64,000 nucleotides of DNA from Phoronis australis (taxonomy: Eukaryota; Animalia; Phoronida). Below, one piece after another: positions 42,201 through 53,929 of this stretch. Numbering within the stretch: position 1 is the first letter of the stretch; every line of letters begins with the position of its first letter. The stretch covers positions 493,567-557,566 of the forward strand of contig NMRA01000057.1 in the NCBI GenBank assembly GCA_002633005.1, given 5' to 3'. The notes beneath the pieces are model-generated. The model was not told the origin of the DNA, searched no databases, and saw only the letters and a list, made by a program, of their open reading frames with translations. The position numbers were made by a program, and so were the translations under genes.

Positions 42201-43165
42201 AGTTTCAAATAAAATGCTTTGAAGTCTAAAAACTTAAGTAATAAATTGCCAGCCAAGTACCGATGCTCTCCAACCTCCTTGCTGCATGACTGAGTATTAA
42301 CACTGTTAAGCACACCGGCCTCTTCTTCGGTCATCTCGTAGCGTTGTACAGGCATGTCTACTACATTCACGAATTTGGCTAACAACGTTGTGCTCACCAT
42401 GTGAAAAGCTACATACTGAACACTGTTTCGATAAACACAGGGGATTTTCACCTGATCTAATTCTATAAAGTCAAACTTAGACCACAGATCAACGACTTTC
42501 GAACTAATGAGCTTCACCTCTTCACTGCCACTTTCCTCCTCCTCATCACTATCGTCAATGACAATAACTTTGGTAGATTCATCTGAACTGTTCTTTTCAT
42601 TGGATTCTGTTGACTTTATTGTTACAGGTAGTGATTTTGAATGTTCCTCGGAAGTGCAAACCATATTAGGTTTGCCATGTGTAGACTCAGTGCTTTTCAA
42701 AGACAGACTGGAGGGAGAATAATTGTGGACTTCTTTAACTCGTAGACTAGTATCCTGATTTGTTTGAGCTTTTTGTAGAACAGATGACCCTTCACCAAAA
42801 GCACGTAGAACAAGAGGGGGAGTATCGCTGGCGTTCCCAACCTTTTCTGCAAGATTCTCAGATGCTAATACCATAGACTCCTCATTAGTATTGCATCCTC
42901 TCTCTGTCATATCATGTAAACCGATGTTGTTATTGTAACCAAACAGATCTTTATTCTCTGGCGCTGCAATGCCATTCTTTGTCCGTTCTTCTGGTCCCAA
43001 TTGTCTCTTTTCACCATCATTGGTGACATCTGTTGGTGACTGGCCATTTGTGACAACATGCTGGGACCTTTTGTCATCACATTCATTCTCTCGAGCTTTA
43101 GTTGGATTTGATAGAGTTCGTATGAGTTGCTCTGCGAACTCCCACACATTCTGTCGTGCAGGCAT
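39227..43165 (-). CDS. Uncharacterised 1312-aa putative nuclear protein with three SKI/DACH-like globular modules and long S/T/P/Q-rich linkers
   Basis: Uninterrupted 3.9-kb ORF. A splice acceptor lies 11 nt upstream of the ATG with an in-frame TGA between them, so the ATG is probably the true start. Modules: IPCVYRNSVQYVAFHMVSTTLL..EMTEEEAGVLNSVN..LLKFLDFKAFY; GWYRVN..PYVERHGVRYVPL; FISVEELGITFFP..LPLTDFKMIFHNL. Basic NLS-like KRKMSR and RSRKRKH. Confidence 0.85.
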   Translation of the reverse strand: MPARQNVWEFAEQLIRTLSNPTKARENECDDKRSQHVVTNGQSPTDVTNDGEKRQLGPEERTKNGIAAPENKDLFGYNNNIGLHDMTERGCNTNEESMVLASENLAEKVGNASDTPPLVLRAFGEGSSVLQKAQTNQDTSLRVKEVHNYSPSSLSLKSTESTHGKPNMVCTSEEHSKSLPVTIKSTESNEKNSSDESTKVIVIDDSDEEEESGSEEVKLISSKVVDLWSKFDFIELDQVKIPCVYRNSVQYVAFHMVSTTLLAKFVNVVDMPVQRYEMTEEEAGVLNSVNTQSCSKEVGEHRYLAGNLLLKFLDFKAFYLKLKRQYQSHCVKTGWYRVNDCTNTPYVERHGVRYVPLSVMRQASKLLTQRDRVDTVQVDDGELISLNRECLGIHTFGPSIRLVSVNIIQNHNNCKKIVELSENPYKSCVDEQETNTAPSVSSKSNVIKAGDNNTQVGAELVIKQPFVNGSKVSGTSMSLIPVTAAVSRSSVGTSVPDVLFSQNKSTPLNSLTQSTSERITSSTDASHLLKLLEEPPTFGQSTTDHQFEESTMPLNWSCQYTTISEPSSASASHTRATGVSNSVTQPKQNQCPDVYPLHPHERQHKPNMPLLPLVSGSDTTNSFPVRQPSHHNVYTIHHFPSRNQLHQAPVPQRFYCPNFPQTCRPFHRPQVPFQPSLEDQQKLNLYVRPQQQRAANYNHATHQALLMRRHPFSASLGILGIVNQTRPGFHNRLPSCMNRTYPNSLNTSCGLPQSSDPEALKRLSTHQSVSTFSSFTVSTPSALTPPSYLYPHHLLSSRDASRMQPRHVENGLGYIRASPPVRFQTENCGYECNITQTRNDSANTFVGTTTARRDRLVCDADQIKSSSHHSATQSSVMESAGVQAPFDSSEAVHVLPSRRYPFINVSPAVDGNAGTSVSPTSLSSSAQLDGSGKHRKERNVATLSFTSPQVPSSFSYPPPIPKSTTVPTASTPSQPKDFVKGNELDKTSTFLIVPDSDPTTSMSQKFLPKDLKDNDIHVRILYLFNSLVPVLHSLWRGNKDWFISVEELGITFFPHVDFTELEYTHRSILRTDCMRMTSMEEKALCNYYGIPDGILRSKYILPLTDFKMIFHNLHQIFGASALKESKGFLESRKLTEEAGATHPAKSGKTYKNTGSAKRKMSRPSKGIAPTSPNEFLFRSRKRKHIEPHKFDVASKYIKDVSKLTETVVLHTGQQENCSERSPTLLSVLGDQTKKTNEVRSDLHKVNYPLCVDLEGQNVKGIYDSVCEVNGQTSCYDSSQETVGFAEDEDEDSFCIIVSDVVSLKNNPTFTNS

Positions 43166-46100
43166 CTGTCATGTATCTGCAACGTAAAGTAAAAACAATG
43201 CATCTAGGTCACGTATATGCTGAGACTACATTCCTACAACCCACAAAACTGACTTGCAAAAACAAAAGGCTTTCTTTAACATTATGGCGACTCTTCATGA
43301 GCCATTTTTGCTTGTTAAATGTCATTCCACGAGAGCACCAAAAGGTCAACCCTAGGCTTACCGACTCAGATCCTGAAAAAAACTGTGTGTACATACATCC
43401 TGCTGGGATATATTAAAAATGGTTATTTGAAAATTTTGGGCAATTGTTTTTTAAGTTAGAGCATGATGATTACTTTGGCTCAAAATAGCCCACTTTGGAT
43501 CAAAAAAGGCTCAGTTAGTGCAATTGTTTTCAAGCGACTTAAAAGAACGGGAAAAAATCTTAAAGTGATTATGTCAGCATGGAACCTCTCTATCAAAAAA
43601 CAGTCTTTGAATTTTCAAAGAGGTTTCCGTTAACCTTCACTGGAGTGCCAAATTTTGATATTTTTGTATACCTGATTTTCAGCCATTTTGGGGTGCTCGG
43701 GGGGCCAGTTTGCAGGGTGCTGGTAATTTCTAATGATATTATTTTTCATCAGTACAGTATCTGAACAAGAAAATAAAAAAAAATAAAAATTGAACTTTTT
43801 TGTTTGTTTTCAAGGAACAGCCGATAGAAAAGACATACCATAGCGTATTTCACGGTGTCTGACAACGGGCAGTACGTAACTGTATCTCACAAACTTCATA
43901 AAGGAGCTTCATTAATTTCTGCCAATATGTTTATATGGTGATCAAATCAGTCGAAGTCAATTTTTAGATGCCTTGACTACTGCTTGACCCCTAGTGGCAG
44001 TTTCTATAACTAGAATTATTTGATGGAGTTTCATGAAATTTAGCCAAAACGTTTCCATCGAGGAAACAGTGGTACATGCATGTTTGAGAACGATGTTTCA
44101 ATATTAATCTAATCACGTTCGGATATTTTGTTTCTGTCTTTGTAACTGAGGATGACTGTTGAATAATATCGTGACGTCTTTTACATGCTGCACTCTACCG
44201 TCGTTTTTGTTTTCTACTTCTTACTTCTAATTTGGCCAAAACCTACAATTATTCACATGCATGTTTTCGAATTAGTCTAACCTGTGCTGCCACACCAGTG
44301 ACAGTTTTAGAAAACCGTTCTCACGTCTAACCTGTGCACCCGTCAGCTGCTAACTGATGCCTTGATAACGTCCATCTTATTACCTGAACAAAGTGTAAGC
44401 ACCTTAAGTTCGTAACCTATGCTGTTGACATCGCGAGATGGCCGACCCGATCAAAATAAAGTCAAAATGTGATACATAAATAACAATAACTTTTGAATGC
44501 ACCATGCAATTTTGACAATGTTTTCAATTTTTTATTTCAAATATTGATGCCTTTCCTGTGATGTAGGATTTTGTTTTCAAAACGAAAAAGTAATTTTCGG
44601 TTCGACCTCTTCGCACAGTCACTCGAACCCTTAATTCAAAAGACTTTTTTATAGATAAAAGATAAATTGCCTTGAACTGGTGCACAAATTGGAATATTTC
44701 ATAAAAAAAACATGAATTATTCATGTCAGCCTAAAATTGTCTCTAAGGTCGTTACAAAATTTGTTCACATATCCAAGATCTATCTAAAAATATATATTTC
44801 AATGTCCACAGCACTGCAAACTGGCTTGTAAAAGCACTTGAGTGACACCCACTTTCAGCACTACAAAGAAGTGCTTACGGATTTATCTCCCCTGTCGTGT
44901 TATGAATGCAGCGAAATCATTAATATTAAATTTATTTGGTAGTCCTCATGTCCCAACTCCTAATCCCATTATGTGTTTCCTCTCGTTGCATGCATTCCAC
45001 CTGTTTTCATTGGGCAATTGCTGTTTTCGATATGCAAAAACGTGCCATTTTCTTCGTAAGCCTTTGGAGACCTATAGCTAAAAACGAAGAGGTCATTTGG
45101 TGCACAGTTGATGATTTTTGTATCATAGCCACACCTTGATCACTTACGCAGAGCTTAAGCTGAATCTGGAAGATGACCCTAGTCTGATTTTTTATTTCTT
45201 TTGATTTTTTCGTGGAATGGCTGTAAACTCCCCACCAAGAGCACCAGGCTTCATCAAACAAATTTTGGCAAAGGTCCACTTTTAAGCAAGACTACTTTAC
45301 GAAAATTAATACAACAATGATTACCTATCACTCGTATTAATTTATTAACTACAGTATTAAGGAATAGGGCAACCTCAATTCATTAATCCTTCCTTTTCAG
45401 ACTCACTTTATGTCAAATGGACGCCTATTAGATTGATCAATTTGAAGTGTTCCTCACAGGGTTGCCATAAATAGATTTCATTTTTGATCTAGCAGAAGAT
45501 AGAGAAATCAAACAATAAAGCAAAGTACCACTGGACAAAACAAGTACACCAAATCCATGAAACAAGAGAAAGTTACACCAGATCTTCCACAGAAAACCAT
45601 GTTGGATTTTATCTCGAAACAAATGTACACATCTTAAGTTCGCACGGGAATGGCTGGAAAAGTACCAACTGGAGGCGCTGCATTATCAGTAATTACACTA
45701 CGAATGTCACGGGGAATGTCGGGAGTGCTCTACTATTGAACACAATTTGTCAGGAGCTCGAACCTGCTACAAAACAGAACAAAGGTTATGGCTCTCCAAG
45801 CGAAGCATTTTATTTGCGAGTCTTCTTAGAAAAGTTGATTGGCAACTGAAAACATCCTGAAGCAACACACTTAGGGAAGTGAGTAAAGCCAGAAATTGAC
45901 AGCATCTCACATAATATTCCAAACGCATTCTGCTGTAGCATATCAGCATCAAATATTAAATGTGCCCCCATCAAAATTCCACACCGCATCATTTCAGTAT
46001 GAAGGCCTTAATACCTCAACACCAGACTTATCAAGAACAGACCCAGTGAAGTGACCAAATTTCAACTGCAAGTCATGATGTGGCTTCACCAGTGGGATCG

Positions 46101-46325
46101 ACGAAGCAACACCAAGGAAATGAGGGGAAGCCTTTAATAAGCTGTCTGGTAGAAAGCCAATCAGTGATGGAGAATGGTAGTTATTCCCCCAGTCCTCATA
46201 CATAACCTAACGCGTGCGTAGGTGTTCTCACAAACTATTTTATCATTTTTTACAAAAAATTGCGTTGGATTATGCAACGTTAAATAACTTGCGTCAAATA
46301 TTTTGTTTAAAAAGTATTCAGTTTT

Positions 46326-46765
46326 TGCTGTAGTACGTGTAAGGAAACTGGATTTCCAGGTCTGTGTCTCTGGGAAGCGTAGTCTTAAACTGCGCTTGTC
46401 AGTAGGAGATAGAACATCGATTCAGTTGTCATTCTTAATTAAAGACAGATTAGGTAAGACGACGCCTTGTGAAACACTATTCAGCGTCACCTAACGAGTC
46501 AGGATGTCGCTGCCTGTTTTTAAATTGTACGAACTCCACACTACGACGGTGAATAGTACGATCATTTGGCTGAAAAAGACAATTTTCTTCTTCGGTACAT
46601 TTCGTCCGATTAGCAGCCAGTGTCTCCCTGTAATATTGTGAAGTTCCAAATTCTCCTGCTGGGCCTCCGTCTTGCTGACACTCATGCTCATGAATGAGAG
46701 TAATGCTGTGAGTATCAATTGTTATATATGATAAATTGACGCTTGTTAAGACAAACGAGGTCGTG
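46326..46765 (-). mobile_element. Polinton/Maverick fragment, an inverted diverged copy of ~47905-48350
   Basis: The reverse complement aligns with the integrase 3' end, the small TM ORF (RHWLLIGRNVPKKKIVFFSQMIVLFTVV) and the penton start (MTTESMFYLL...EIQFPYTYY). Confidence 0.8.
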
Positions 46766-47029
46766 TCTACATTGAGAGATAACCAATTCAATCTTCGAAC
46801 ATCACTGATCTATGACGTTCTCAGGAAACATTAACCGTCGGCAACATCGGGCTGGAAAGAGTTTTGTCAGTAACTAAGAAATGTGAATGTTCCCGGGTAC
46901 TCAATGGAAATAAAGAACGTTCGTCATCAGAACAAGAGAGCACGGAAGCGACTACTAGAACCGCTGACGCCCCTCATTCGCAATGGGAAAAGAGACAACA
47001 TAACACTGATGGTACATGTAAATTAAGAA

Positions 47030-47942
47030 GGGTGTACTATGATCCAAGGCACCCAGGAAGTTTGGGAGGAATAGACTCCACTCGACGAGGTCTGAAAGGC
47101 AAATTGAAGAAAAGGATTGTAAAAAATCACTTATATTCGCCACAAACAACTGGCTAGAAATTTTACGAGTCCATTGAGCAGCAGTTCCAGGCAGAGCTTG
47201 TAGTCGTGTCCAAGTTGGCAAAACGTAACGACGGTCACGGGTACATTCTTACCTGTATAGATATGCTCTCGAAATATGCATTAGCTTTTCCACTCCTAGA
47301 CAAGACGGGAAAAAGCTTAGTTGAAGCTTTCAAACGTATTTTCGTCAGTGGACGGAAATGCAAGACCTTGAAGACCGGCAAAGGGACGGCGTTTACGAAT
47401 TGTGTCTTTCAGAAATTTCTCAAAGAGAAAGGAGATCAAGGCAAGCATCGCCGAACGCTTTAATCGCACTTTAAAACGAAATTTCTTTACATCTAAAAAC
47501 ACCTTGCGATACGTTGACGTATTACCCGTGAGGTCCTACAACAACACATACCACCGACCTATCAAGACAACGTCCTCGTCTGTCACACGAGCTAATCAAG
47601 AGACATTATAGCAGACACTTTACGGATCGTACGTGAAACCCACCAAACCGAAATTTAAGACCAGTGACTGGATAGTTATCAGCACGGCAAAACATCCTTT
47701 CAAGAAAGGATATTTACCAAATTGGACTGAAGAATTCTTTACTATTGATAGAAAGGTCTCAAGCACACTGAAAACTTACACACTGATGGATGATCAAGGA
47801 GAAATACTAGAGGGAACGTTTTATCAACAGGAGCTTCAATACGGTAGCCAACAGAAATGTATACAAGATGGAGAGCGTGCAGCGGGAGAGATATCCCGAC
47901 TCCTTCAACTCGTGGGTCAACGAGCGTCAGTTTGCCACTGAT
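47030..47942 (+). pseudogene. Polinton/Maverick retroviral-like integrase, frameshifted
   Basis: VYYDPRHPGSLGG; YILTCIDMLSKYALAFPL; KTGKGTAF; KASIAERFNRTLK; YNNTYHRPIK; FKKGYLPNWTEEFFTI; GEILEGTFYQQELQ; chromodomain remnant YPDSFNSWV. Confidence 0.9.
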
Positions 47943-47980
47943 AACAATTGATACTCACACCGTTACTCTCATTCACGAGC

Positions 47981-48242
47981 ATGAGTTCCATCGAAGCGGA
48001 GGCACCAGAGGAAAATTTGGAACTTGAGAATATTACAGGGAGACACTGGCTATTGTTCGGACAAAAATTACCACGTGCGAAGGAAAGTGTCTTTTCAAGT
48101 GATCATACTCTTCACCGTCAGAGTGCGGTGTCTGTACAATCTAACAATAGGGAGCGGCAACCCGACTCTTTGGATGACGCAGATTAGCGCTTCAGTCGGC
48201 TTCGTCTTACCTATTCCGTCTCTAAACAAGAATGACAACTGA
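47981..48242 (+). pseudogene. Polinton small two-TM ORF, frameshifted
   Basis: WLLFGQKLPR..FQVIILFTV..CLYNLT..LWMTQISASVGFVLPIPSL, lying between integrase and penton. Confidence 0.6.
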
Positions 48243-48350
48243 ATCGATGTTCTGCCAAGTAATAGCTCCAGCGCAGTTTAAGTCTATGTTCCCCAGAGAC
48301 ATAGACCTGGACTTATGTTGGGAGGTAGGGCTTGCAGAAATTCAAGTGTT
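48232..48350 (+). pseudogene. Polinton minor capsid (penton) N-terminal fragment
   Basis: LPSNSS and WEVGLAEIQ motifs. Confidence 0.65.
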
Positions 48351-48419
48351 GTAACTATCAACATATGTGTGATGATAGAGATAATAAATCCATTAACTTC
48401 ACGAGGCCAAGAACGGACA

Positions 48420-49177
48420 TTTGATAGCAGCAATCTGGTACAAGGATGCTAGCGGCAAATTTGACACCCTAAGCGACGTTAATTTAGGATGCAAGACGCG
48501 TAAGCCACTTGCAGCGGGGGGGGGGGGGGGGGCNNNNNNNNNNNNNNNNNNNNNNNNNNNNNNNNNNNNNNGGGGGGGGGGGGGGGTGCTACCCTTGACA
48601 TGACGGGTAAACTCCACAATGACATATTTATCCAAGACAGATACCTACTCAACAACGTTTACACAAATATAAGATTGGTGCGAAACAAGAACTTGTTCGC
48701 CGTCATGTCACCGACGGCGCGAGGGTGCTAGTACACATAAAGGCCCTTGAGAAAAGCACCGCAAAGTACCCTCTGCGACACATCGAATGCAAAGTGATTT
48801 CCATGCCAGCCGGACACCTGTCTATGACACAAAGAATTTTCTTCTATGTCAAATTCCCAAGAGGGTAATTGTGTGATTTTGTGATACAGACGCCTACAGC
48901 AGATCGTATGCCAAGAACCCTTTCACTTTTTAACATTACAACATCAATCATTTCTCTCTTTAGCTCGACGGGGTGCAGGTTCCTTCTAAATCACTACATC
49001 CAAAATTTGACCAATCTACGTTCGTTAGAGCTTTTACGATCTTGTGTTCGAGAACCGAAGAGAATTACGAGGACGAAGGCATTCGCATCTACAATAAACA
49101 ATGTAGGTTATGCTGAGTTTGAGAGCATTGTGGAAATTGACAGAGCTAGAAACGTCTTATTTGATTTCACACCATGA
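48420..49177 (+). pseudogene. Polinton/adintovirus major capsid (double jelly-roll) remnant
   Basis: WYKDASGKFD...NLG; YLLNNV; HIKALEKSTAKYPLRHIECK; QIPKRVIV; KNPFTF; LDGVQVPS; YAEFESIVEIDRARNVLFDF. Stops, frameshifts and deletions are present. Confidence 0.8.
48534..48571. other. Assembly gap (N run) flanked by poly-G
   Basis: 38 N between G homopolymer tracts. Confidence 0.95.
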
Positions 49178-52139
49178 GGATTGTCTCGATTACTACAATT
49201 CTAGAAAGTGGTGACGTTGGCGGTTGTCTCCCAAGTGATGAATTGTGTAATGTAGGTGTCGTTTCACATTCGAATGCTTACGTTTGCACCTATACTATCC
49301 TAGCTACAGTACACACCTGGAACACAATGGATGGCTATTTAGCTGACCGAGAATGGAAAAGGAGAACATCTCGACTCGTACGGCGTGCCACCTCTATGGC
49401 ACCACTTGCGAGACTTTACCGATAGAAATACGAATGGATGGACAACTCAGACCAGACAACTTCAGGGACTTTCGTGGGCAGTTTCCGGACAATCTTGTAT
49501 AGTTTATTTGTTATATCGGTGCCGCGCATGAAGCATGGACTTTATTGCCAATTTGTTTGATAAAGGCACTGAAACTTACGATCGCTCTGTTTTAGAATTT
49601 ATTGACGGATTAATGTAATCACAACATGTAATTCAATTCAACGTCTAAAAGCCCATTGTAACTTATGGTATTACGCTACACATACAACAAAATTTTACTG
49701 GAATTAAAACATTGGTAGCTGACATGTGTTAATGCTTGTTTACGAAAAAAAAATGAATAAAAATATTGGAATAATCAGAATTGTTTACAATAAATAAACT
49801 CACCACAGAGGTAGTGCTTGTAAAATACCTTTCGACAACTTCAGAGGACGGTTCATCTACAAAATAAAATACAAAAAACGAGTATTTAAAAAGAGTTTTC
49901 AATATTCAGTATGGGCGATTGATCAAAAAAGACGAAGCACTGAATACCACGTACGAAAAACGAAATTTATAAATCTGTAAAGTTAAGAGTTAAGAAAATG
50001 TTAACTCACCACTATCTTACAAACTCTCATCTCGGAATAGTTTGCATTCTGTAGACTTCGTCAAAACTATACTCAGTTTACTGATATCTCCGGCGTTACA
50101 CACATCGTGTAGCACCTAATACATGTAGTACATAGACGGGAATAAATTTACGGCGTATGCAGTTGTTTGGTTCGAAATACAAGTAATTGACCAAGTATAA
50201 AGAAAACTAAAGGCACGTGCCTGTCGAAATTTGTTTAAGCACCCAGCGCATTATTTAAGTGCAACAGTCGTAGACGGGTTCAAAATATACTTAATTGACC
50301 CCGCATAAAGTAAAATATGTGTCCGCCGGCGAGTCTTTATTTAAAATTATATAAGAAAATCTTATGTATTCCTGTGCATTCATCAACATTCATCCACTTC
50401 CGTATGCTGTTATTGAAATATAAACAAGTTTCTTTTCCCTCTTATGTGGTTACAATAGCTCATTATTAGTTTAGTACCTTTCACGCGTTAGCTACATGTA
50501 CATGCGACATCTGTTGTTGAATTAGGTGGTTACAATTTTTTCTTATTATTTTAGGTGGCACCGAACAGTTAGGCTGCGGCCGCGGCCAATTTGCACTCCC
50601 AAAATATTAAAATCTAGGAGTAGGCCAGGCTTAGGGTATTTTCAGTTAGGTATTGTATGTAAGCCAAGTGAATACGGTTTGTCTGTATTTGTGATTATGT
50701 TGAGAATGAAGAAAAGACCATTTGCTCGGCTGTGGTTGCAATCTTCTTCAAGATGGCGTTGCTGGGCAGCGCAGACTGAGAAATTGGCCGCAATTTCAGG
50801 TAGCCCTAAAACGAGTCAGATTTGCACAAAAACTAGTAAGTTGACAGTACTTTTGGACCACATATTTGGAATCGGTAAGAAATTTGCTTTCGGAATCTAA
50901 TATTGGCTTTAGTCGAGCCTCGGTAGGGAAGTGGTGGCTTTGAGGTGAAAAATGCCGATTTTGCGTTTTTGCCCCTGTTTTTCTTAGTCTAGCTTGGTTT
51001 TCAGAAGGAGTGAAAGGGTCAAAAATACAAGATAAAACTGTGCTCTCCTGTAGGGCTTGTGATGTGAAATGACTCAAAACCTTTCTTTCTTTGCATGCAG
51101 TTTTTTACAGAGTGAAGAAACGGTGAAGAGTCCATTGACGTGTGTTCTGGTAGGAAAACTGGGAACTGTTCTGTGTCCCTTGGTACCTTTCATAGATTAG
51201 GAATACGCGATACCTGTTGTTGAGAGATGAGAGAGAACAAAGGGGTTAAATTACACAACGACAAGAAGTGGTGGCGCGCGCAACCGTAAATAAGGGAATC
51301 AATCTTTTGTTCTTATTCAGTAAAACATGATCTCCATTTTGTTTCCAATCTCGATCGGCTGAACTCTACGAACACAACGTCTTTTTATTGTCAGAACATC
51401 CGAGTGGTGGACGGTGCCACGCCATCTAATCTACCTGTGGATGTCAGCAGTCACGTGACTGCCGATTCGGTCAAAAATTTTGTCATGATATTTATGTTTC
51501 CGAAAAGACAACCGGGAGTAAAAACTTCACGAATTATTTGTAGGAAGTATTGGGAAAGACACGCGGGCACTGTCAAACGCGCGTCCCGTCACAATAGCAA
51601 TATTGTCGTAATACCACGCTCCCATGCTTTTTCCTACGTCAAGCACTTCAAACTAAAATTCGTCCATGGACCATTGTCATCATTTGTCTGCTGCTTCTGT
51701 TGCTACTCAAAACTTTTTGCATTATTTGAGTTTGGGACCACTCTAATACATTTGAATTGTGTGGCATGATCTCAGTTGGGTCGACTAGAATATTTTCAAC
51801 ACCAGTTTAATTTCCATGACTCAGAGAGCCGAGCCTCTGATTTTTGATTTTCCATAGAAGATATCGGTGTTTATACAGGAACTTTTGATAGCAGATATGT
51901 CACCGTTGTTTGACTGTCTGAGATATGACTCCTGCGTATTCAGTTGGCATACACGTACATGTAGCACATACACGAAGTTGCCCGCAGTTTATAAGGTTTC
52001 TTAGAAATTCTTGCTCAAAGCAAAACAAGACAATTACACCAAAAATGGCGGTCACGTGTTTAATAACAACTGCGCGACATTTTAAGGCACAGATTAAGAT
52101 TATTCAGTCATCGAGAATTCCTAGAGAATATGCCCTACT

Positions 52140-52222
52140 TTTCGAAGTTGAATCGGAAAATTTTTGAATTGTCCGATTCAACTTCGAAATGCCAAATAAC
52201 TCATTAAAATGAGTTGTTTGGC
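52140..52222. repeat. Two abutting near-perfect hairpins
   Basis: tttcgaagttgaatcggaaaatt-tttg-aattgtccgattcaacttcgaaa (22/23 paired), followed by gccaaataactcatt-aa-aatgagttgtttggc. Confidence 0.75.
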
Positions 52223-53298
52223 GAAGTTCGACAATTACCTTAAATATGGTAACTGATAGCAACCTAAATATTCTAGCCAATTAGTATTTCGAAGTATTGT
52301 TTGCTCCAAGGTGAAAAAAAAACCCAAAAAAGAATAAAAAAGCGATACAGATACGCGCAAGTGAATTAAACTAGATTTTTAACACCGTCAAGACACGGTA
52401 GTTCTACGGCAAACAAATGTGTGACACTCTCGAACAACACAAAAACATATTAGGTATTATAATTCACATATTTATCACGTAGAAGTATTAAAAATGCGAC
52501 CAAAAACTTGTATCTTCACAAGTAAAAGTAAGAAAACAAAACGAAGAAGTGCATTTTCTCAAATGACCTGGAACGTGTTACGACACGGCTGGTTAATAAC
52601 ACCGAGTACGTAATTTTTTGATAATGCATGGGCGAATTACAAAGTAGTGCAAAGTAGAAATCCATACGCCTTACTCGTCTGCAAAACACTGTAACAACCA
52701 AACGCGCAACAACCAAACAATGGCCATGTAGACAACTTCTTAAACGGACCCATCTTCGGCGGCGAATTCCACATCCACGTTCATTCAAACGGAGACGAGA
52801 CCCAACTCAAGAAACGCGGCGAGACTACGTCTAGCTGTGCTGTCTCAAGGTCAATTCAGTGCTCACGCGCGGGGAAGCCTTGCTAACTCTTATTTATAAA
52901 CAATTTATGTTTTAATATCACCACTTCAAAGATTATTTATTAGATTCTAACAAGAATATTTGCCATGAAAGCTGAATGCTATTTACAATTACGAAGTTTA
53001 AAATAAAAGTATCAACAAAAAGCCTGGTGACTGAATTACTTTATTGCGCAAGCGTGTTTTTACAAAAGTTGCGTCATGTGGTTGAAAGTTTTATACACGT
53101 CGAGTTTTTCGACAAAAAGATCGTTTTTACGGCAAGCCTCGAGATTTTGACAAAATTTCCAAGAGGTTTTGCTCATATCATAAACCTGAGACGAGTGTAG
53201 GATCCTCTCGTAGATCGGTTATTGCAGCCGTAACGACATGGGGTATTCCACAACGTAAACTTTACACTCAAAAGCACCGAGACAGGCGGTGTCTATGG

Positions 53299-53541
53299 AG
53301 GGCTTGGAATGGCCCCATGACAAAAACAGAAAATTTTTCAGGTGATGTATCGTTCTACAAATAAATAGGTTTATGTGATAGAAATATTTTTTGTGTCTTA
53401 AATTTTACTGAAATAAATGTTTTTGCATGAATAGAGTCAAAGTAATGATAATAAAGAGACCAGAGGAAAATGGAAATCAAAGAAAACCAAATGAAAACCA
53501 AAAAGAGGAAATCTTCTTGAAAGAAGAAAATTCCAAGCCCT
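53299..53541 (+). mobile_element. hAT-like MITE, copy 2
   Basis: Perfect 12-bp TIR agggcttggaat ... attccaagccct; body similar to 18836-19066. Confidence 0.75.
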
Positions 53542-53929
53542 TAATATGTCAGCAACGAAACTTGTGACTAGTACTCCAAGTTAGCGAAACAAGACTACGT
53601 TTGTTAAATCCACGAATTTTGGCCCCTGCGTTTATATATTGCCACCGATGATGGGCGCAGACGGCTTTTGCGCACGCCAATTAAGGTGCTTTTGAAAGTT
53701 TTCACCCATTTTTAGTGCTTCTACCTTGCATTTCATAGTTGCAAAATTGAATACACGCCAACATCGACAAATTCATAACGATAAGTCAAGTTTCACTCGC
53801 ACTTAGACAGCGTTTCATTAAAGGTCCACTCACACAATTTCGTATATGGACCAGGACCTAAATAGCATGTACGCAGTAACGAGATGGAAGATACCCAGAA
53901 CATACATTGGTTTGCCTATCAACGGAGCT

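Noticed and set aside
45420-46210. Coding-like stretch next to the Polinton relic
   Set aside because: Every frame I read has stops and no recognisable motif; it would need BLASTX.
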